Assembly (NCBI GenBank): GCA_963741795.1
Contig: CAVUJM010000043.1
Coordinates: forward strand, 24,538-88,537
Source of the DNA: an uncultured Chloroflexia bacterium
GTDB taxonomy: Bacteria > Chloroflexota > Chloroflexia > Thermomicrobiales > UBA6265
Reading direction: 5' to 3'
Length of the DNA stretch: 64,000 nt
Positions 63,108 through 64,000 of the stretch are shown in pieces; position 1 is the stretch's first letter; each line of letters starts with the position of its first letter. A model generated the notes under the pieces. It had not been told where the DNA came from and searched no databases. It was given only the letters and a program-made list of their open reading frames with translations. The position numbers were made by a program, and so were the translations under genes.

Positions 63108-63407
63108 ATGACTGGACGCCTTGTATGGAGGGTGTCGATGGCGTTGCGGCTGGCGGCGGTGATGAGCGCGATCCCGCTGCTGGACGATCCCGGGGCGGGC
63201 GGTGGGCCGCCCGTGATTGAAGGCGCGATGGCCGGTGAACCGGCGCGGGAGGCATCGGCCAGCCGGAGGACAGCGTTCCCGACGCTGTTCGGGTTCGGCG
63301 CACTGCGTTCGGAGGCGACGGTGGAGCAGGGACATACGGCGGATGAGGAGCAGGGTTCGGGGCAGGAACAGACGATCGAGCGCGTGAAGAGAAGTCGTAA
63401 CAGATGA
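63108..63407 (+). CDS. Small hypothetical protein with an N-terminal hydrophobic segment (99 aa)
   Basis: A strong GGAGGAGGGGGG RBS precedes ATG 63108, and third-position GC is high. The long antisense ORF 62921..63886 is judged a shadow. Confidence 0.45.
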   Translation: MTGRLVWRVSMALRLAAVMSAIPLLDDPGAGGGPPVIEGAMAGEPAREASASRRTAFPTLFGFGALRSEATVEQGHTADEEQGSGQEQTIERVKRSRNR

Positions 63408-63437
63408 ATAGCGTTCTGAGGCCACCAGGGTCCGGGC

Positions 63438-63650
63438 ATGGTGACGGAGATCGGCGGGACCGTGAACTGCATGAGCGGCTGGAGCCTCGTCCCCGAGGAA
63501 TCCACGCCGAAGCTCGTGATGTTCGCCGGCCCGGCGGCGTCGCTGGAGGCGATGTACACCGACGCGCAAGGGTCAGTGACGGTGAACGGTGTCCCCGCGC
63601 TCGGGCTCTTCACCGTTCCGGAGATCCTGGGGGCGATTACGCCAGGGTAA
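63438..63650 (+). CDS. Small protein (70 aa) homologous to the C-terminal module of the 622-aa protein
   Basis: LVMFAGPAASLEAMYTDAQGSVTVNGVPALGLFTVPEILGAI aligns with VSFFAPVAGFETAYEDALASVTLNGDEPIGYFTTDEIVAEL. It is in the same frame as 63108..63407 but separated from it by two stops. Confidence 0.5.
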   Translation: MVTEIGGTVNCMSGWSLVPEESTPKLVMFAGPAASLEAMYTDAQGSVTVNGVPALGLFTVPEILGAITPG

Positions 63651-63669
63651 ATGGCCCCATGGGGCCATG
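63650..63669. repeat. Palindrome AATGGCCCCATGGGGCCATG (second copy)
   Basis: It overlaps the stop codon of the 70-aa ORF and shares a 19-nt core with 60310-60328. Confidence 0.75.
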
Positions 63670-63961
63670 GACATAACCATGACCCTCGCGGCAGGATAGA
63701 TACACAGGCGATCCGCTTAACCCATTCCGCACGTTCCCGGGCGCACCGACTCCTGTCGGGCGTAATGACAACGATCCAGTCGCCCACTGGGCATGCAGGC
63801 GATTTGGACGAACCGGCTGGGACCAGGGCACCCGGGAACATGCGGGGGACGGAAAACGGTTCGCCGACACAGGCACATACCCTCACGGTATGGACGTGCC
63901 GAAGCCGCCGGTCGGTCCCCCAACTCCCCGGCGGCTTCGGTCTGCCTTGCAGCGAAACCCT

Positions 63962-64000
63962 CTACCAGCGCTCGCGGTGCAGCACCGTGTCCAGCGGGCG
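63962..64000 (-). CDS. 3' end of an unidentified minus-strand gene (partial)
   Basis: The open frame ending ...RPLDTVLHRERW-TAG is followed downstream by a 14-bp-stem hairpin (63898-63943). Too little sequence is present to identify it. Confidence 0.3.
   Translation of the reverse strand, partial: RPLDTVLHRERW

Noticed and set aside
62921-63886. 321-aa minus-strand ORF upstream of the LuxR-family gene
   Set aside because: It is Ser/Pro/Cys-rich nonsense-like sequence lying antisense to two plus-strand ORFs. Those ORFs have strong RBSs, high third-position GC, and homology to the 622-aa protein.

Overview
This is a GC-rich bacterial chromosomal window with about 65 protein-coding genes. I found no rRNA, tRNA or CRISPR array by eye. 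The content looks origin-proximal. It holds smc at the left edge, the rpmH-rnpA-yidD-yidC-jag block (27.4-30.6 kb) and mnmE. It also holds three parS-consensus palindromes around ndk (38.4-39.9 kb) and a phased DnaA-box array ending in an AT-rich tract (12.2-12.5 kb). That array is an oriC-like signal, but dnaA is not next to it. Other content is listed below.
- A six-gene ebo-type cluster at 5.8-12.0 kb (DHQS-like cyclase, TatD, TIM-barrel EboE, UbiA prenyltransferase, phosphodiesterase), with a vapBC cassette abutting its 3' end and a MITE-like inverted repeat inside it.
- Housekeeping and metabolic genes: rlmN, pxpABC, a sorAB-like sulfite dehydrogenase, an LCP protein, dcd, ndk and pdhABC.
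- An ABC-2 transporter operon and an IS110-family element with 14-bp flanking direct repeats and a structured 5' non-coding arm.
- An App1-like phosphatase / DAG-kinase pair.
- Three tandem paralog pairs (GNAT, DinB, LLM oxidoreductase).
- A large LuxR/STAND-type regulator flanked by secreted proteins that share a C-terminal module, and by ATGGCC..GGCCAT palindromes.
At least 11 reading-frame breaks hit 10 otherwise intact genes. Most resolve to 1-nt length changes in G/C runs, so I read them as assembly or homopolymer errors rather than biology. I did not find a convincing novel multi-gene defence-type system. The best unexplained signals are the DnaA-box/AT-rich locus, the parS cluster, the uncharacterised ebo pathway and several structured intergenic elements.
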